Shown piece by piece: positions 62,670 to 64,000 of a DNA stretch of 64,000 bases; position 1 is the stretch's first letter, and every line of letters starts with the position of its first letter. Below the pieces are notes generated by a model. That model made no database searches. It saw only the letters and a program-made list of their open reading frames with translations, and had not been told where the DNA came from. A program made the position numbers and the translations under genes. Source of the DNA: Coleofasciculaceae cyanobacterium (GTDB lineage: Bacteria; Cyanobacteriota; Vampirovibrionia; Vampirovibrionales; Vampirovibrionaceae). The stretch spans positions 262,451 through 326,450 of the forward strand of contig DATNPJ010000034.1 in assembly GCA_036703295.1 (NCBI GenBank), written 5' to 3'.

Positions 62670-62696
62670 TTCAGAGATTGCCGGGATGGTCGATAA
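62670..62696 (+). promoter_or_regulatory. variant sigma-28-like promoter motif
   Basis: TTCAGAGA-N11-GTCGATAA, 37 nt before TTG 62733. Confidence 0.5.
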
Positions 62697-62732
62697 CCAA
62701 AAAACGCAGCAATCAGAGAAGTGGGATAGCGC

Positions 62733-63740
62733 TTGAAATTATTGCCGACTACAGAAGTTCCAGAACGCGGTAACGTGTTGACCGAATATGGCCTGATTCT
62801 GGGCTTGGTGGTGTTGCTGAGCATTGCTGGCTTGCAAGTGACTGGTGGCTCCGTCAGTTCCTTGCTGGGCGGTTTTAACCGAAACGAATCCTCGGTTTCC
62901 CGGCTGGTGAGCCTGAAATTTGGCGATGGCAACACGGCCACCGCCGGGCAGAGCATCACCAACGGGCCGGTGAGCTTGAACGGGGCCGGTTATTATACGT
63001 TTGAGATCGATCCGGCGACCGGCCTGCCTTCCTTGAAGCTGACGGACGGCAATACGGGCGCGGTCTCCAACGCGACCAGCGTGGACGGCCAGCAGTGGAA
63101 TGTCTTAGGGCAGTTTCATCTGGCGGACAGCCTGGATAAACTGGCCGCCGCCGAGACGAACCCCGCCACCGCGGCATATTTAAAAAAATTGGCGAACATT
63201 TCCTACTATCTGGGTGCCGCTGAGGGTGAGGCGGATGGTATTCCCGGTTTGGAACTGGGGGATAACTACGGCAAGTTGCATGCTGCCCAGGATATCGTCT
63301 ACTATCAGTCACAACTGACCCAATTGATCAATAATCCCCCTGCCGGAATGGATCGGGCAACCTTGACGCAGGCAACGGCGCTGACTGCCGATGTTTACAA
63401 CATTGCTCAGGGCTATAACGCGGTGCTGACACCCATGCTTAAATCTGGAACGCCACAAGACTTTATTTTTCCGTGGGTTGCTGATGGTTTGGGCTTAGGC
63501 CAGCCGGGTGCCGCACTGAATGTGCCCCTGGCCGATGTCACCTACTTCCCGCCAGATTCGTCTTCATCGACGGCTAATGTGACAATCGAGCAGGTTTTTA
63601 CGGTGAGTCAAATTCAGGGCCTTGCCCAGAATATTCTCAGCGGCTATCAGGTCTCGACCGAACCGGTGAGAGCCACCATGACAGGTGCGACCCAGCTGAA
63701 TCAAGCTTCAACAGGAGCCGCGCCAACGGCTGCTCCGTAG
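62733..63740 (+). CDS. giant Flp/type IVb-like prepilin (335 aa), paralog 3
   Basis: ...ERG|NVLTEYGLILGLVVLLSIAGL; tandem paralog of 61535 with near-identical DNA blocks (ttgaccgaatatggcctgattct; tccaacgcgaccagcgtgga). Confidence 0.82.
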   Translation: MKLLPTTEVPERGNVLTEYGLILGLVVLLSIAGLQVTGGSVSSLLGGFNRNESSVSRLVSLKFGDGNTATAGQSITNGPVSLNGAGYYTFEIDPATGLPSLKLTDGNTGAVSNATSVDGQQWNVLGQFHLADSLDKLAAAETNPATAAYLKKLANISYYLGAAEGEADGIPGLELGDNYGKLHAAQDIVYYQSQLTQLINNPPAGMDRATLTQATALTADVYNIAQGYNAVLTPMLKSGTPQDFIFPWVADGLGLGQPGAALNVPLADVTYFPPDSSSSTANVTIEQVFTVSQIQGLAQNILSGYQVSTEPVRATMTGATQLNQASTGAAPTAAP

Positions 63741-63760
63741 CATAAGAGTCGGCAGGCAGC

Positions 63761-64000
<240 letters not shown>

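Overview
GC-rich bacterial chromosomal window with no rRNA, tRNA, CRISPR array, integrase or transposase that I can support. It holds the rpmH-rnpA-yidD-yidC / dnaA region and housekeeping genes (asnS, lysS partial, pyk, pyrK/pyrD, acsA, accD/accA, def-fmt-rsmB, hflX, queE, menG/ubiE). Cyanobacteria-like housekeeping proteins (RpmH starting MKRTLEG, long-N-terminus HflX, DUF2227, DUF4112) with no photosynthesis genes suggest a non-photosynthetic Melainabacterium, probably Vampirovibrio-like; this is inference. Most notable: (1) a six-gene Tad/Cpa pilus operon (cpaB-rcpA-cpaE-tadA-tadB-tadC) with no pilin gene inside it; (2) a dispersed family of 300-337 aa Flp-type prepilins with an intact G|xxxxEY cleavage motif, a shared body and a variable C-terminal patch; (3) sigma-28 (FliA)-type promoters (TAAAGTTT-N11-GCCGATAA-like) upstream of the tad operon, one giant pilin and three uncharacterised genes, plus a variant TTCAGAnA-N11-nnCGAnnA motif upstream of each of the three tandem pilin-like genes; (4) a DAACS transporter that has lost both Na+-site aspartates and is co-transcribed with a TPR protein and a diguanylate cyclase. 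Two real genes missing from the ORF track were found: rpmH and a 51-aa sigma-28-preceded ORF.
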